Source of the DNA: a bacterium
GTDB taxonomy: Bacteria > Patescibacteriota > Minisyncoccia > Phycocordibacterales > CAIZLB01
Length of the DNA stretch: 64,000 bases
Direction of reading: 5' to 3'
Assembly: GCA_037127815.1 (NCBI GenBank)
Contig: JBAXXP010000002.1
Span: forward strand, 142,943 to 206,942
The notes below the pieces were generated by a model, which worked only from the letters and a program-made list of their open reading frames with translations, was not told the DNA's origin and did no database searches. Position 1 is the first letter of the stretch. Every line of letters begins with the position of its first letter. Below are positions 1 to 10,119 of this stretch, one piece after another. A program made the position numbers and the translations under genes.

Positions 1-156
1 AATTGGCTGTAACAAGCCGTACATTCTGATAGATTCAGATAGGTCTTTTAAGGCGTTTTGATCGAAGTCTCTACGAGGCTGATATGGGTTTGGAACGATT
101 TTTTCTATCTCTATCCAGAAAATTGAATTATTAAAATACTGTGATTGTGGTTGCAT
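1..156 (-). CDS. parB: ParB/Spo0J partition protein, N-terminal part (runs off the window edge)
   Basis: Manual translation MQPQSQYFNNSIFWIEIEKIVPNPYQPRRDFDQNALKDLSESIRMYGLLQPI contains the ParB motif NPYQPR..F...L..L..SI...GLLQPI. Confidence 0.9.
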   Translation of the reverse strand, partial: MQPQSQYFNNSIFWIEIEKIVPNPYQPRRDFDQNALKDLSESIRMYGLLQPI

Positions 157-330
157 ATGTTAAGATTGTAGCACAGATATTTTCTTTATAACCCTTGAAA
201 ATCAACAAAAGTGTTGACATCATGTTGATATTGAATAATACTGAAGGGGTTGGGGTTGGTCAGCTGGAGCCCGGTGCTTGTTTTAGGTCATTGACCAAAA
301 TCACCTGACTCCAGACACAAATAACAGAAC

Positions 331-411
331 GCCAGAGTGATGAAATGGTAAACATACTCGACTCAAAATCGAGCGCCGCAAGGTTTGTGGGTTCAAGTCC
401 CACCTCTGGCA
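331..411 (+). tRNA. tRNA-Leu(CAA)
   Basis: Acceptor GCCAGAG/CTCTGGC, anticodon arm CTCGA-CT-CAA-AA-TCGAG, long variable arm, GTTCAAGTC T-loop; CCA not encoded. Confidence 0.95.
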
Positions 412-415
412 CAAA

Positions 416-1411
416 ATGGAAAAGCCTAAAAAGACAGGGCTAGAAAAAGCAATTGTTGTATATGGTCCAACAGCTACTGGAAAAAGTGACTTGGCGGTTT
501 TACTCGCAAAAAAATTCAATGGCGAGATTATTTCTGCCGACTCCCGTCAGGTATACAAGGGGCTAGATTTAGGAACTGGTAAAATTACAAAAAAAGAAAT
601 GCAGGGTGTTCCTCATTACATGCTGGATGTTATAAATCCAAAAAAAATTTACACAGCTGATAAATTTGCCAAGCAAGCATTAAAAATTGCGAACGATATT
701 ATATCCAGAGGTAAGGTTCCAATTATATGTGGAGGAACAGGAATGTACATTGATGCGCTAGTTAATGGTGTTGAATTTCCAAATGTTGAACCAGATTTTG
801 AGCTTAGAAAAAAGTTATCCACAGAGACTACAGAAAATCTTTATAATAAATTAATAAAGCTAGATCAAAATAGAGCTGACCAGCTTAAAAACGATGGAGG
901 TGGTCAATTCAATAAAGTTAGAATTATTAGAGCAATTGAAATTGCGTTAAAGCTTGGTGCTGTTCCTCCGCTTAAAAATAAAGAAAATTTTGAGGCAGTT
1001 TTTATTGGTCTTGATTTTGATGATGATACCCTAAAGGAAAGAATTTTACTTAGAATTAAATCGAGAATGAAAAAAGGAATGCTTGCAGAAGCTCGTAATT
1101 TACATGAAAATGGTTTAAGCTATAAGAGAATGCGTGCGCTTGGTTTAGAATATAGACATCTTGCAGATTTACTTGAAGACAAAATTTCTAAGTTGGATTT
1201 TGAAAAGCTACTAGCACAAGATATATGGCATTTTGTTAAAAGACAAAGAACTTGGTTTAAAAAAAGAGAAGAAACTATTTGGATTAAGCCCAGTATCACA
1301 AATTTTAAGAAAGTAGAAAATATTGTGAAAAAGTTTCTAGGTACAAGCATAAGCTCCATAAAAACATCGGTAAAAACAATAGATGGAAAAAACAGATCTA
1401 GAATTAATTAA
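416..1411 (+). CDS. miaA: tRNA dimethylallyltransferase
   Basis: GPTATGKS P-loop, ISADSRQVYKGLDLGTGK, GGTGMY, KRQRTWF motifs. Confidence 0.97.
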   Translation: MEKPKKTGLEKAIVVYGPTATGKSDLAVLLAKKFNGEIISADSRQVYKGLDLGTGKITKKEMQGVPHYMLDVINPKKIYTADKFAKQALKIANDIISRGKVPIICGGTGMYIDALVNGVEFPNVEPDFELRKKLSTETTENLYNKLIKLDQNRADQLKNDGGGQFNKVRIIRAIEIALKLGAVPPLKNKENFEAVFIGLDFDDDTLKERILLRIKSRMKKGMLAEARNLHENGLSYKRMRALGLEYRHLADLLEDKISKLDFEKLLAQDIWHFVKRQRTWFKKREETIWIKPSITNFKKVENIVKKFLGTSISSIKTSVKTIDGKNRSRIN

Positions 1412-1973
1412 AGAAATACAAGAATCTACAAACTACCTAAAAGAAGGCAGGCTTTCATTTAATACCCTAGTTGCGCGTTATGCCAATTCTGTTTATTTTT
1501 TTATTTACAGACTGACTGGAAGCAAAGAGGGATCAGAAGATATATCTCAAGAGACTTTTATTAAGGCGTGGCAAAAAATATCAAAATTTGATGCAAATAA
1601 AAATTTTAAAACTTGGCTATTTACTATCGCCAAAAATACGGCTATAGATAAGCTTAGAAAGAAGAACGCGGTACCTTTTTCTGTTCTTAATATTTTGGAT
1701 TCACATAATGATATAGAGACTGATTTTGAGAGCAATATAATGGACACAGAAGATTTACCCAATGAAGTCTTTGAAAAGAAAGAATATTTTGAAAGCCTAA
1801 GGATTGCCCTAGAAAAATTGTCATCAAGTGAAAACTTGATTATTTCCCTACATGTAACGGAGGAACTAACCTTTGAAGAAATTTCAGAAATAACAAATAA
1901 GCCAATGAACACAATCAAAAGCCAATATAGACGTGCTATTTCAAAGCTTAAGGAGCTACTTACAGACAAATAG
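1383..1973 (+). CDS. ECF-type RNA polymerase sigma factor
   Basis: Region 2 (EDISQETFIKAW..FKTWLFTIAKN) and region 4 (LTFEEISEI...NTIKSQYRRA). Confidence 0.92.
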   Translation: MEKTDLELIKEIQESTNYLKEGRLSFNTLVARYANSVYFFIYRLTGSKEGSEDISQETFIKAWQKISKFDANKNFKTWLFTIAKNTAIDKLRKKNAVPFSVLNILDSHNDIETDFESNIMDTEDLPNEVFEKKEYFESLRIALEKLSSSENLIISLHVTEELTFEEISEITNKPMNTIKSQYRRAISKLKELLTDK

Positions 1974-2026
1974 GCGTTGCACAGATATTTGCACCAAACC
2001 TCTCCCCCGTCTCGTATATAGTTAGT

Positions 2027-2434
2027 ATGAACGTAGAATTAAAGAGAGCGTTAGAGGAAATGGATAAACAAGTGATATCAGCGCCTTACGATCTTGCAAA
2101 TCGCATTATTTTTAGCATTGATGAGAAAGCTAAACAAAACGCCAAGTACAAAGCACTTGGCTTAAGTTTTGTATCCATGATTTCATTCTTTGTTTCCATT
2201 CCAATAATTGCACAAATTATTACATCATTTACACAATCTGGTTTTTATAATTATGTATCAATTATATTTTCAGATTCAGATGTCGCAATGGTGTATTGGA
2301 AAGAAATAGTAATGTCACTAGCTGAATCCTTACCAATAATTGGTATAGCAAGTCTACTTGCGGTTGCCGTAATATTTACTTGGTCAATTCTAAAGGCGAC
2401 TTCAGTTGTAAGAAATAATTTAATAACAGCCTAA
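2027..2434 (+). CDS. membrane protein, possible anti-sigma factor
   Basis: Two hydrophobic segments; lies directly after the ECF sigma gene. Confidence 0.55.
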   Translation: MNVELKRALEEMDKQVISAPYDLANRIIFSIDEKAKQNAKYKALGLSFVSMISFFVSIPIIAQIITSFTQSGFYNYVSIIFSDSDVAMVYWKEIVMSLAESLPIIGIASLLAVAVIFTWSILKATSVVRNNLITA

Positions 2435-2436
2435 CA

Positions 2437-2470
2437 TTTGGGGTCAGGCACCATGGTGTCTGACCCCAAA
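2437..2470. repeat. dispersed palindromic (REP-like) repeat, copy 1, one C>T change
   Basis: TTTGGGGTCAGGCACCATGGTGTCTGACCCCAAA. Confidence 0.95.
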
Positions 2471-2477
2471 ACCAAAC

Positions 2478-3044
2478 ATGAAAGAACACATAAATAAAAT
2501 AAAAGAAAAAATTGATAAGTTTGGAATAATTAAATTCCTGGTAATTTTAATAGTAATTTCTGTAGTTTTCCAAGCGGGAATATTTGTGGGATATCACAAA
2601 GCGATGTTTTATAAATCTACTGGAGATAACTACTACAGAGCATTTAATAACAAAGGCGGTCCTGCAGGCAAAGGAGGACCAGAACAATTTGATGAATTTA
2701 TGAAAGACGCAAATCTTCCCGGAGGACATGGGGCTGTAGGAAAAATCGTTTCAATCAACTTACCCACAATTGTTGTTGCCTCACCTGACAATATTGAAAA
2801 AACAATTAATATTTCTAAGGACACTTTAATTAGACAATTCAGAGAAGATATCAACTCAAAAGATTTGAAAATTGGTGACTATATTATAGTTCTTGGGGAA
2901 ATTTCTGGTACAGACACTTCTCCTTCAGACAAGGGAATAATTAACGCAAAATTAATTAGATTATTACCTCCACCACCGCAATCTGATAACACATCGATTG
3001 TAGCACCTGCAACTACTTCAAAATCAGTAACAGAGACAAAATAA
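2478..3044 (+). CDS. membrane-anchored protein with a DUF5666-like beta domain
   Basis: N-terminal TM helix, Gly-rich linker, GKIVSI..T.I...DLKIGDYIIVLG pattern. Confidence 0.55.
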   Translation: MKEHINKIKEKIDKFGIIKFLVILIVISVVFQAGIFVGYHKAMFYKSTGDNYYRAFNNKGGPAGKGGPEQFDEFMKDANLPGGHGAVGKIVSINLPTIVVASPDNIEKTINISKDTLIRQFREDINSKDLKIGDYIIVLGEISGTDTSPSDKGIINAKLIRLLPPPPQSDNTSIVAPATTSKSVTETK

Positions 3045-3063
3045 TTAATTTAATTAAATCAAT

Positions 3064-4836
3064 ATGCAAAAAGAAATCAAAAATATACATAAAGAACCAT
3101 TTAAGATTAGGTTAAAGAATAAATATTTAAAATGGAAACAAATTGCTTTGACATACAAAAAGACAAGTATCGTCATTGCTATAGTTGTTATCGCATTAGT
3201 ATATTGGCTGATAAAATTAATTTTTCCTACACCAGTTATTACATCGTATGTTGTATCTGATGTTCAAAAAGGCTCAATTATCACGAACGTAACAGGTAGC
3301 GGACAAGTTTCTGCATCAAATCAAATTGACCTTAAGACCAAGGCTTCTGGCGATATATTAAAAGTAAACGTTACAACAGGACAAGAGGTTAAGGCTGCGC
3401 AAATTATTGCACAAATTGATAATCCAAGTGCATATCTTGATTATAGAGCTGCGCAAATTGCATATGAACAATTTGTTCAACCTGCAGATGCTTCAACAAG
3501 AATTCAAGCAGAAAATGATTTAAATAATACTAAGCAAAGTTACAATAAATCAGTAGACAATCTAAATAATGCATACGATACCGGATACAGTTCTGTTGCC
3601 TCAAGTTATCTAGACATGACAGAGGCCGTAACTGGAATGAACGATATACTCTATTCAGGTTCTGGATATTTGAATGATCAAAGTTTGGTAGCACTTTCGT
3701 CACAAACAAAGACTTTTAAAAATAATGCTGGTGTAAATTTTGATAAAGTAAAAAATGACTACAGGACAGCTCTTGAAACTTATAGAGCATCGTCAAGATC
3801 AAATTCAACAAGCTCTATTGAACAATTAATTAAGACAGCGTATGAGATAACAAAAGAAGTTTCAAGTACTCTTAAGGACCTAAAAAATACTGTTGACTAC
3901 ATTAAAAATCAAGATCCAAACAGCACAAACGCATCAAGCAACAGTACAGCAGCCGTAAACGCATCAAACAATCTAATTAATTGGATAGGTAAAATTAACT
4001 CTGATCTATCTAATCTATCAAGCTCAGTTAATAATATTAATGATTTAAAAGATACTATTCAAAATGGTCCACAAACGATTGCACAAAAGCAAGCAAACTT
4101 GGATAAGGTTGTAAATGGTGCAGACAATCTTGATATTGAAGCCCAAAGAATCAATCTTCAACAAAAGCAATTAACCTATCAAAATCTTTTTGTCACAGCC
4201 CCCTTTGATGGAGTTATAGCAAAAATAAGTATTAAGCCATCTGATGCAGTTTCCTCAGGAGCATCTGTTGGAACAATTATCACAAAGAACAAAGTAGCCG
4301 ATATTACTGTAAACGAAGTTGATGCAGCCAAGATTCTTGCTGGACAAAAAGCAACACTTACTTTTGACGCTATTGACGCCTTAAGTATTTCTGGAGTTGT
4401 TCAATCAATTGATTTAGTTGGAACTGTCACACAAGGTGTTGTTAATTACAATGTCAAAATTACTTTTGATGTTCAGGATGACAGAGTCAAATCTGGAATG
4501 AGCGTCAGCGCTTCTATAATTACAAACAATAAACAAGATGTAATTGTCATTCCAAATAGTGCTGTAAAAAGTAAGGGAGGAATAAAATATGTAGAGTTGT
4601 TTAGTTCAAAAGTTGCAACATCAACAACAGCACAAACTGCAAATGAGGTTCCTATACAACAAGCTGTGGAAGTTGGATTATCAAATGATACTCAAACAGA
4701 AATTTTATCAGGTCTAATTGTTGGAGACAGAATTGTTACAAAAACAACAACATCCAGTGCAACTGCCGCTAAGACAACATCAACACCTAGCTTGTTTGGA
4801 GGAGGCGGAGGAACAAGAGCTGCGACAGGACGATAA
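3064..4836 (+). CDS. efflux membrane-fusion (MacA/HlyD-type) adaptor with a long coiled coil
   Basis: TM anchor, lipoyl half-motifs (SGDILKVNV..GQEV; APFDGVI), VEVGLSND..TEILSGL..GD C-terminus. Confidence 0.9.
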   Translation: MQKEIKNIHKEPFKIRLKNKYLKWKQIALTYKKTSIVIAIVVIALVYWLIKLIFPTPVITSYVVSDVQKGSIITNVTGSGQVSASNQIDLKTKASGDILKVNVTTGQEVKAAQIIAQIDNPSAYLDYRAAQIAYEQFVQPADASTRIQAENDLNNTKQSYNKSVDNLNNAYDTGYSSVASSYLDMTEAVTGMNDILYSGSGYLNDQSLVALSSQTKTFKNNAGVNFDKVKNDYRTALETYRASSRSNSTSSIEQLIKTAYEITKEVSSTLKDLKNTVDYIKNQDPNSTNASSNSTAAVNASNNLINWIGKINSDLSNLSSSVNNINDLKDTIQNGPQTIAQKQANLDKVVNGADNLDIEAQRINLQQKQLTYQNLFVTAPFDGVIAKISIKPSDAVSSGASVGTIITKNKVADITVNEVDAAKILAGQKATLTFDAIDALSISGVVQSIDLVGTVTQGVVNYNVKITFDVQDDRVKSGMSVSASIITNNKQDVIVIPNSAVKSKGGIKYVELFSSKVATSTTAQTANEVPIQQAVEVGLSNDTQTEILSGLIVGDRIVTKTTTSSATAAKTTSTPSLFGGGGGTRAATGR

Positions 4837-4848
4837 TAATATAAAAAC

Positions 4849-5583
4849 ATGATTGAAGTAAAAAACATCACAAAAATATATGACCCTGACGCAAATGCAT
4901 TTCTTGCGCTTGATGGAGTAAGTTTTACCATTGAGGATGGCGAGTTTGTTGCAATCATGGGACCATCAGGATCTGGAAAATCGACATTAATGCATATACT
5001 TGGAGCGCTGGACACTCCAACAACAGGAACGTACTTTTTAGATGGAAAAGATGTGTCTGTTCTATCCGATGATGAACTTGCAGACATTAGACGAGAAAAA
5101 ATTGGATTCGTTTTTCAATCCTTTAATCTTCTACCAAGAAGCACTGTTCTTAGGAATGTAATGCTCCCCTTAATTTATGCTGGAGTTGGTGAAGAAGAAA
5201 GAGAACAGAGAGCTCGCGCAGCACTTCATGCATCTGGATTAGATGAATCGCACTTCACTCACCTTTCCAATCAATTATCTGGTGGACAGATTCAGCGCGT
5301 CGCTATATCTCGCGCCCTTGTAAATAATCCAAGTTTAATTTTGGCCGATGAACCTACTGGAAACCTAGATAGTAAAACTGGGGAAATTGTTCTTGGTACA
5401 TTTCAAAAATTAAATGAAGAGCTTGGAAGGACAATCGTTCTAATTACCCATGAGCCAGATGTTGCTGAGCATGCAGATAGGATTATTGTGATTCGAGATG
5501 GAAAAATCACAGAAGACAGAAAGAATCATAAGAAACAAAATGCGATAGCTTTGCTTAAAAAAATGAACGACGATAAAAAATAA
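4849..5583 (+). CDS. MacB/LolD-type ABC ATP-binding subunit
   Basis: GPSGSGKST, LSGGQIQRV, LILADEPTGNLD. Confidence 0.95.
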   Translation: MIEVKNITKIYDPDANAFLALDGVSFTIEDGEFVAIMGPSGSGKSTLMHILGALDTPTTGTYFLDGKDVSVLSDDELADIRREKIGFVFQSFNLLPRSTVLRNVMLPLIYAGVGEEEREQRARAALHASGLDESHFTHLSNQLSGGQIQRVAISRALVNNPSLILADEPTGNLDSKTGEIVLGTFQKLNEELGRTIVLITHEPDVAEHADRIIVIRDGKITEDRKNHKKQNAIALLKKMNDDKK

Positions 5584-5587
5584 TTAT

Positions 5588-5619
5588 TTGGGGTCAGGCA
5601 CCATGGTGCCTGACCCCAA
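5588..5619. repeat. dispersed palindromic repeat, copy 2
   Basis: TTGGGGTCAGGCACCATGGTGCCTGACCCCAA. Confidence 0.95.
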
Positions 5620-5627
5620 CCAAAAAA

Positions 5628-6848
5628 ATGACAATATTAGACATATTACACGAAACATATTCTGCGATTTTTTCCAACAAGGTTCGTTCTGGACTGACAA
5701 TGCTTGGAATCGTTATTGGAATTAGCTCCGTTATTGCAATGCTCGCAATTGGACAGGGCGCACAAAATTCCATTCAATCGAGCATTCAATCAATTGGGTC
5801 AAACCTAATTCTTATAACACCAGGTGCACAACGTGGCCCAGGTGTGCAAGTAAGTGCCGGGCGTGGAAGTGCAAAAACATTAACACTCGCTGATGTTGAT
5901 GCAATCAAACTTCAGGTCACAAATATTAAAGCTGTAGCTCCCGAAGTCACAGGAAGATATCAAGTTACTGCGGCTGGCCAAAATACAAATACAACTGTAA
6001 CAGGCGCCACACCTGATTATCAAAGTGTAAGAAATGTTTCCATTGCTGAGGGTACATTTATAACAGATCAAAATTTACAATCTGGAAGTAAGGTTGCGGT
6101 AATTGGTCCCAATGTCAGAGATGACTTATACGGAACCGGTGCTGATGTGATTGGGAAAAAAATAAGAATTAACAAAGTTGATTTTACAGTTATCGGATTA
6201 ACGGTTGCAAAAGGAGGAACTGGTTTTGGTAGTCAGGACGATCTTATTTGGGTACCACTTACAACAGCTCAAAGAATGCTTTCTGGCGATGAATATGTAA
6301 CAACAATAAGTGTTCAAGCTCCTGACTCAAATTCTAGCGCTGACATTCAAGCTCAGATTACTTCCCTTCTACTTGAAAAACATAATCTAAAAAATGGCGT
6401 CGCTGATTTCAGTGTTCTTAATCAAGCAGACATTGCAGCAACAGCATCGAGCATCACTCAAATATTCACCATTCTTCTTGGTTCAGTTGCAGGGATATCA
6501 CTAGTTGTTGGTGGAATTGGAATTATGAACATGATGCTTACAACGGTAACTGAAAGAACTCGGGAAATTGGATTAAGAAAAGCAATTGGTGCAAAAAATA
6601 AAGATATTAGTTTACAATTCTTAATTGAAGCTTTAATGATTACTTTTATCGGGGGGTTCATTGGAATACTCCTCGGATGGCTCATATCCTTCGGAATAAA
6701 TTATTCGGGATTGATTGCAACTCAAGTTTCAATATCTTCTGTAGTTCTATCCTTCACGGTCTCAGCTGTAATTGGGGTTGTCTTTGGATACTATCCAGCG
6801 CGGCGGGCTGCGGGATTGAATCCGATAGATGCGCTGAAGTATGAGTAA
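5628..6848 (+). CDS. MacB/FtsX-type ABC permease
   Basis: RSGLTMLGIVIGI, VGGIGIMNMML.TV.ERTREIGLRKAIGA, YPARRAA.LNPIDAL. Confidence 0.95.
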   Translation: MTILDILHETYSAIFSNKVRSGLTMLGIVIGISSVIAMLAIGQGAQNSIQSSIQSIGSNLILITPGAQRGPGVQVSAGRGSAKTLTLADVDAIKLQVTNIKAVAPEVTGRYQVTAAGQNTNTTVTGATPDYQSVRNVSIAEGTFITDQNLQSGSKVAVIGPNVRDDLYGTGADVIGKKIRINKVDFTVIGLTVAKGGTGFGSQDDLIWVPLTTAQRMLSGDEYVTTISVQAPDSNSSADIQAQITSLLLEKHNLKNGVADFSVLNQADIAATASSITQIFTILLGSVAGISLVVGGIGIMNMMLTTVTERTREIGLRKAIGAKNKDISLQFLIEALMITFIGGFIGILLGWLISFGINYSGLIATQVSISSVVLSFTVSAVIGVVFGYYPARRAAGLNPIDALKYE

Positions 6849-6962
6849 ACGATTCGATTTTAAGCCGATTTTTATGCGTAAAAATCGTACCAAAATCAGC
6901 AGATTTTGGTATTGACGAAGTGAAGAACAGATAAAGGTAAAAATTAAAAAATAATAAAACAC

Positions 6963-7017
6963 ATTAATCATAGTCGCGCCCAAAGGACATCGGCGCGACA
7001 TGATTTCGCAAAATCAT
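6963..7017 (+). promoter_or_regulatory. conserved hairpin leader, copy A
   Basis: ATTAATCA-TA-GTCGCGCC-CAAAGGACATC-GGCGCGAC-ATGA; a homologous copy lies at 36191-36244 (-). Confidence 0.6.
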
Positions 7018-7494
7018 ATGAAAAAAAATCAAATAATAATAGCAGTAATAGTTTTAGTATTAGTTGCTGGAATATCATTCTATGCAGGTACAAAAGTTAA
7101 TAGTAACCCTTCTTCATCAAGACAAATGGGACAATTTGGACAAGATGCAAATGGCATAGGAGGCCCTGGAAATAATATTAGAACAAACAGAGGCGGTATG
7201 ATGGGTGGAGCTGTTTCTGGAGAGGTACTAAGTAAAGATGCAACAAGTATCACAGTAAAGCTAAGAGATGGAGGATCAAAGATAATCTTTATTACATCAG
7301 GAACTGCTGTTCAAAAAACATCAGCCGGAACAATTGAAGATGTAGTAGTCGGTAGTCAAATTTCAGCTACAGGCCAAGCTAATGCTGATGGAAGTATCAA
7401 CGCAACATCAATCAATCAAAGACCTAATGTACCTGTACAAAGCGCTGGAGCGGGTGCAGGAGCCCCACAAGGAGGTGCTCAACAAGCAAGATAA
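7018..7494 (+). CDS. membrane-anchored DUF5666-like protein
   Basis: MKKNQIII TM start, Gly/Met-rich linker, VSGEVLSKD..SITVK..DG.SKII..DGSINATSI. Confidence 0.6.
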   Translation: MKKNQIIIAVIVLVLVAGISFYAGTKVNSNPSSSRQMGQFGQDANGIGGPGNNIRTNRGGMMGGAVSGEVLSKDATSITVKLRDGGSKIIFITSGTAVQKTSAGTIEDVVVGSQISATGQANADGSINATSINQRPNVPVQSAGAGAGAPQGGAQQAR

Positions 7495-7553
7495 AGATTA
7501 GATAGTAGTACAATAAACCGTATACATCGCTCATAAAAAAATACAAATACAGA

Positions 7554-7578
7554 AAAGCCCCCGCGTAGCGGGGGCTTT
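7554..7578. terminator. bidirectional intrinsic terminator
   Basis: AAAGCCCCCGC-GTA-GCGGGGGCTTT between convergent genes. Confidence 0.75.
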
Positions 7579-7615
7579 GTTTTGATTAGATATTCCAGAT
7601 GATAATCGCACTTCT

Positions 7616-8104
7616 CTACCCTTTTCGAATATCAGCCTTAGGAGCAAACTCAATTTTCAGATGTTCTGGTAACACAAGTTCTAGGTCGCCCCATCTCTTG
7701 CTAGTATCAATATAAATGTTAATTGGGCATCCTTTTCTGTAGGACAAGATGAACCGGCCGAGTTGTTCAGGTGTGACCTCGCGCATATCAATTGTATCAA
7801 GGAACTTTTTGAGATTAAATGATTCATTGCGGCCATGTTTGGAAACCACATCTCCAATAGCCTCCTCAGCACTTTTACCCCAGCCTTCAAAATACGGCCC
7901 GGACTTTGCATAATTTGGAACAGCCATTGCTGAGCATCTGTAGTACAATCTGGCAATCATACTCGCATCAGCATCACTTCTGTAAACTACAATGTGGACA
8001 GGTGGATTTTTCACTGAATTATTGGTGTTGAATTTGCCGATCCCAGCAGAGAACTGCCTCTCTAGGTCCGATAATAATATCTCATAGACAATAATCTGTG
8101 TCAA
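7616..8104 (-). CDS. hypothetical protein
   Basis: 162-aa ORF ending near the terminator; no motif recognised. Confidence 0.5.
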   Translation of the reverse strand: MTQIIVYEILLSDLERQFSAGIGKFNTNNSVKNPPVHIVVYRSDADASMIARLYYRCSAMAVPNYAKSGPYFEGWGKSAEEAIGDVVSKHGRNESFNLKKFLDTIDMREVTPEQLGRFILSYRKGCPINIYIDTSKRWGDLELVLPEHLKIEFAPKADIRKG

Positions 8105-8251
8105 TTTTGAAAATTTCTTATATCGAACTTTACACCATTAAGAGATAGGTTATATAACTCATTCGACATAAAATAATCCTCGTTATATCATTATATAAAC
8201 ATAGTTCTTTTATTTACTGAGGAACTAAATCAACTCAAACCAAATAACTCG

Positions 8252-8677
8252 ATGAAAAACAAACTTGCATATGCTGCTGTTGTTATTTTCATATTTGTTT
8301 TAGGTGTAGCTATTGGTATTTTTTACGAATATGAAAAACTCCACAATCTTGTTGTTCAACAGGACCGAGATAAAAATATTTATTTGCCGATGTCAATTTC
8401 TGAAGTTCAATGCATCAACGCCAACTTAGGGAAACTAGATGTTCAAGCATCCAAACTTGGACATAAATCTATTGTCACATGGCCAACTTCCGTAAAGTAT
8501 ATTGGATGCTGGGATGGTAAGTCTATGATATTTTTTGAGAATAAACCTGCAACCAAACTCTTTGAACAAGGATGGCAAATAACTGATCAAGCTTCCATGT
8601 CTAAAGATTCTATTATCTATGTTATGTTGAGGAATAGACCCTTACCCGATTTGGGCCCATTAATTTGGTACCAATGA
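8252..8677 (+). CDS. hypothetical protein with an N-terminal TM helix
   Basis: MKNKLAYAAVVIFIFVLGVAIG; followed by a hairpin. Confidence 0.6.
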   Translation: MKNKLAYAAVVIFIFVLGVAIGIFYEYEKLHNLVVQQDRDKNIYLPMSISEVQCINANLGKLDVQASKLGHKSIVTWPTSVKYIGCWDGKSMIFFENKPATKLFEQGWQITDQASMSKDSIIYVMLRNRPLPDLGPLIWYQ

Positions 8678-8754
8678 TAGTTAATTAAACAAAAAAAACC
8701 CGCCTAGTATGCATTAAGCAGAACGGCGGGGTTTATTTGTACATAATATTTAAA

Positions 8755-9183
8755 TCATATTTTAGATTTGTACAAGTTCAAAAAATTTGGAAGTTGAGAA
8801 TGAAGTGGTTCAGGAAAGGCGTCTAAAGAAAACCATTCTACAGCATCAAATTTATGAGGCTCCCCGTTACCTGTTTTCAATGGATCAATCTTAACCTTAA
8901 AATCTAGAGCTACCCAATGAGTATTTTTTCCTTGGTGCTCTCTATGAACATCTCGGTACCCTAAAAATTCAAAATTTAATATATCTGTGCGATATTCTTC
9001 AGCAATCTCTTTTCTTAGAGTGTTTTCTACAGTGTCATTAAATTCAAGACCTCCTCCACCACAGTCCCAGGTTCCATGCTCATCCCTGCAACTATTACTT
9101 CTTTTTGAAAGCAAATATTTACCATTTCCATCGTGACATAGATATACAATTGTAACACCTGTATAATCTTCTCCTTTTTTCAT
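8755..9183 (-). CDS. NUDIX hydrolase
   Basis: Nudix box variant GGGLEFNDTVENTLRKEIAEEY; EPHKFD.VEWF. Confidence 0.88.
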   Translation of the reverse strand: MKKGEDYTGVTIVYLCHDGNGKYLLSKRSNSCRDEHGTWDCGGGGLEFNDTVENTLRKEIAEEYRTDILNFEFLGYRDVHREHQGKNTHWVALDFKVKIDPLKTGNGEPHKFDAVEWFSLDAFPEPLHSQLPNFLNLYKSKI

Positions 9184-9200
9184 AATATTGTATATTCTAG

Positions 9201-9272
9201 CGGGCCCACGAGGACTCGAACCTCGAACTGCGGTTTTGGAAACCGTCGTTTTACCATTGAAACTATAGGCCC
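9201..9272 (-). tRNA. tRNA-Trp(CCA)
   Basis: Acceptor GGGCCTA/TGGGCCC, anticodon loop TT-CCA-AA, GTTCGAGTC T-loop. Confidence 0.93.
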
Positions 9273-9491
9273 GTATTTTGTGATTCTAACCAAATCGTCC
9301 CCTGCCAGCCTCTGAACGTTTGTTCTACTATCTTAATCTATTTTGACTAAAAAGCCAAACCTGCTTATGACTAGGCCCATACAACCCATTTACACCAACC
9401 AAAATCACAACTAAAATTATGACACATTTATATGATTGTTAATAAGGACCACTTTGATATAATTAACCCATTACCAATAACCACAAGAAAT

Positions 9492-9782
9492 ATGGGCGAA
9501 AAACATCAGACACCCGAAACATTTTTTGATGTGGCAGAGATATATAATAGATTAGATCAAGTTATATATGATCATAGAGAGGAAGAGGAAAAGTATGGAA
9601 GAGTTATATCAGATGAAATGACAAGTAAATATGAGTCAGCATTAAATATATTAATTCACATTAGAAGAATGCACCCTCAACCAGATTCTGAAAAAGCGTT
9701 CATCAAAGTTTTAGATGACGTAAAAGAAAAACACGGCATGGATGAGTCAGTTTATAGTATAATAATCCAGCAAGTTTATTAA
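9492..9782 (+). CDS. hypothetical helical protein, paralog of the next gene
   Basis: Likely start MGEKHQTPETFF (the ORF track starts at 9432); aligns by eye with 9817..10119. Confidence 0.6.
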   Translation: MGEKHQTPETFFDVAEIYNRLDQVIYDHREEEEKYGRVISDEMTSKYESALNILIHIRRMHPQPDSEKAFIKVLDDVKEKHGMDESVYSIIIQQVY

Positions 9783-9816
9783 TTAAAAAATAATTGGAAT
9801 ATAATTAGATAAAATT

Positions 9817-10119
9817 ATGAGTGAATTTCCCCCTCCACAGGAGACCCCCTTTAACGCAAAAGAAATCTATAAGCAATTAGGCGAGACAATCGACGAAGAC
9901 AATGAAAGACTCGGGGATGTACCACGGGACGTCAACATTGAGGCCTTACAAAAGCAAGCCCTCGACGCCACTGATGCGCTCACAAGAGAAAGGGGTATTG
10001 ACTCAATAGAAAAATTTATTGCAGCAGCTAAGTTTAAGGTTACAAGTAGATCAATGAGTAAGGGAGCGTACAACATGATTATGAAACAACTAAGGCAGAT
10101 GTACCCAAGTGTAGAGTAA
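9817..10119 (+). CDS. hypothetical helical protein
   Basis: 100-aa ORF with the ETPFNAKEIYKQL motif shared with the previous gene. Confidence 0.6.
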   Translation: MSEFPPPQETPFNAKEIYKQLGETIDEDNERLGDVPRDVNIEALQKQALDATDALTRERGIDSIEKFIAAAKFKVTSRSMSKGAYNMIMKQLRQMYPSVE

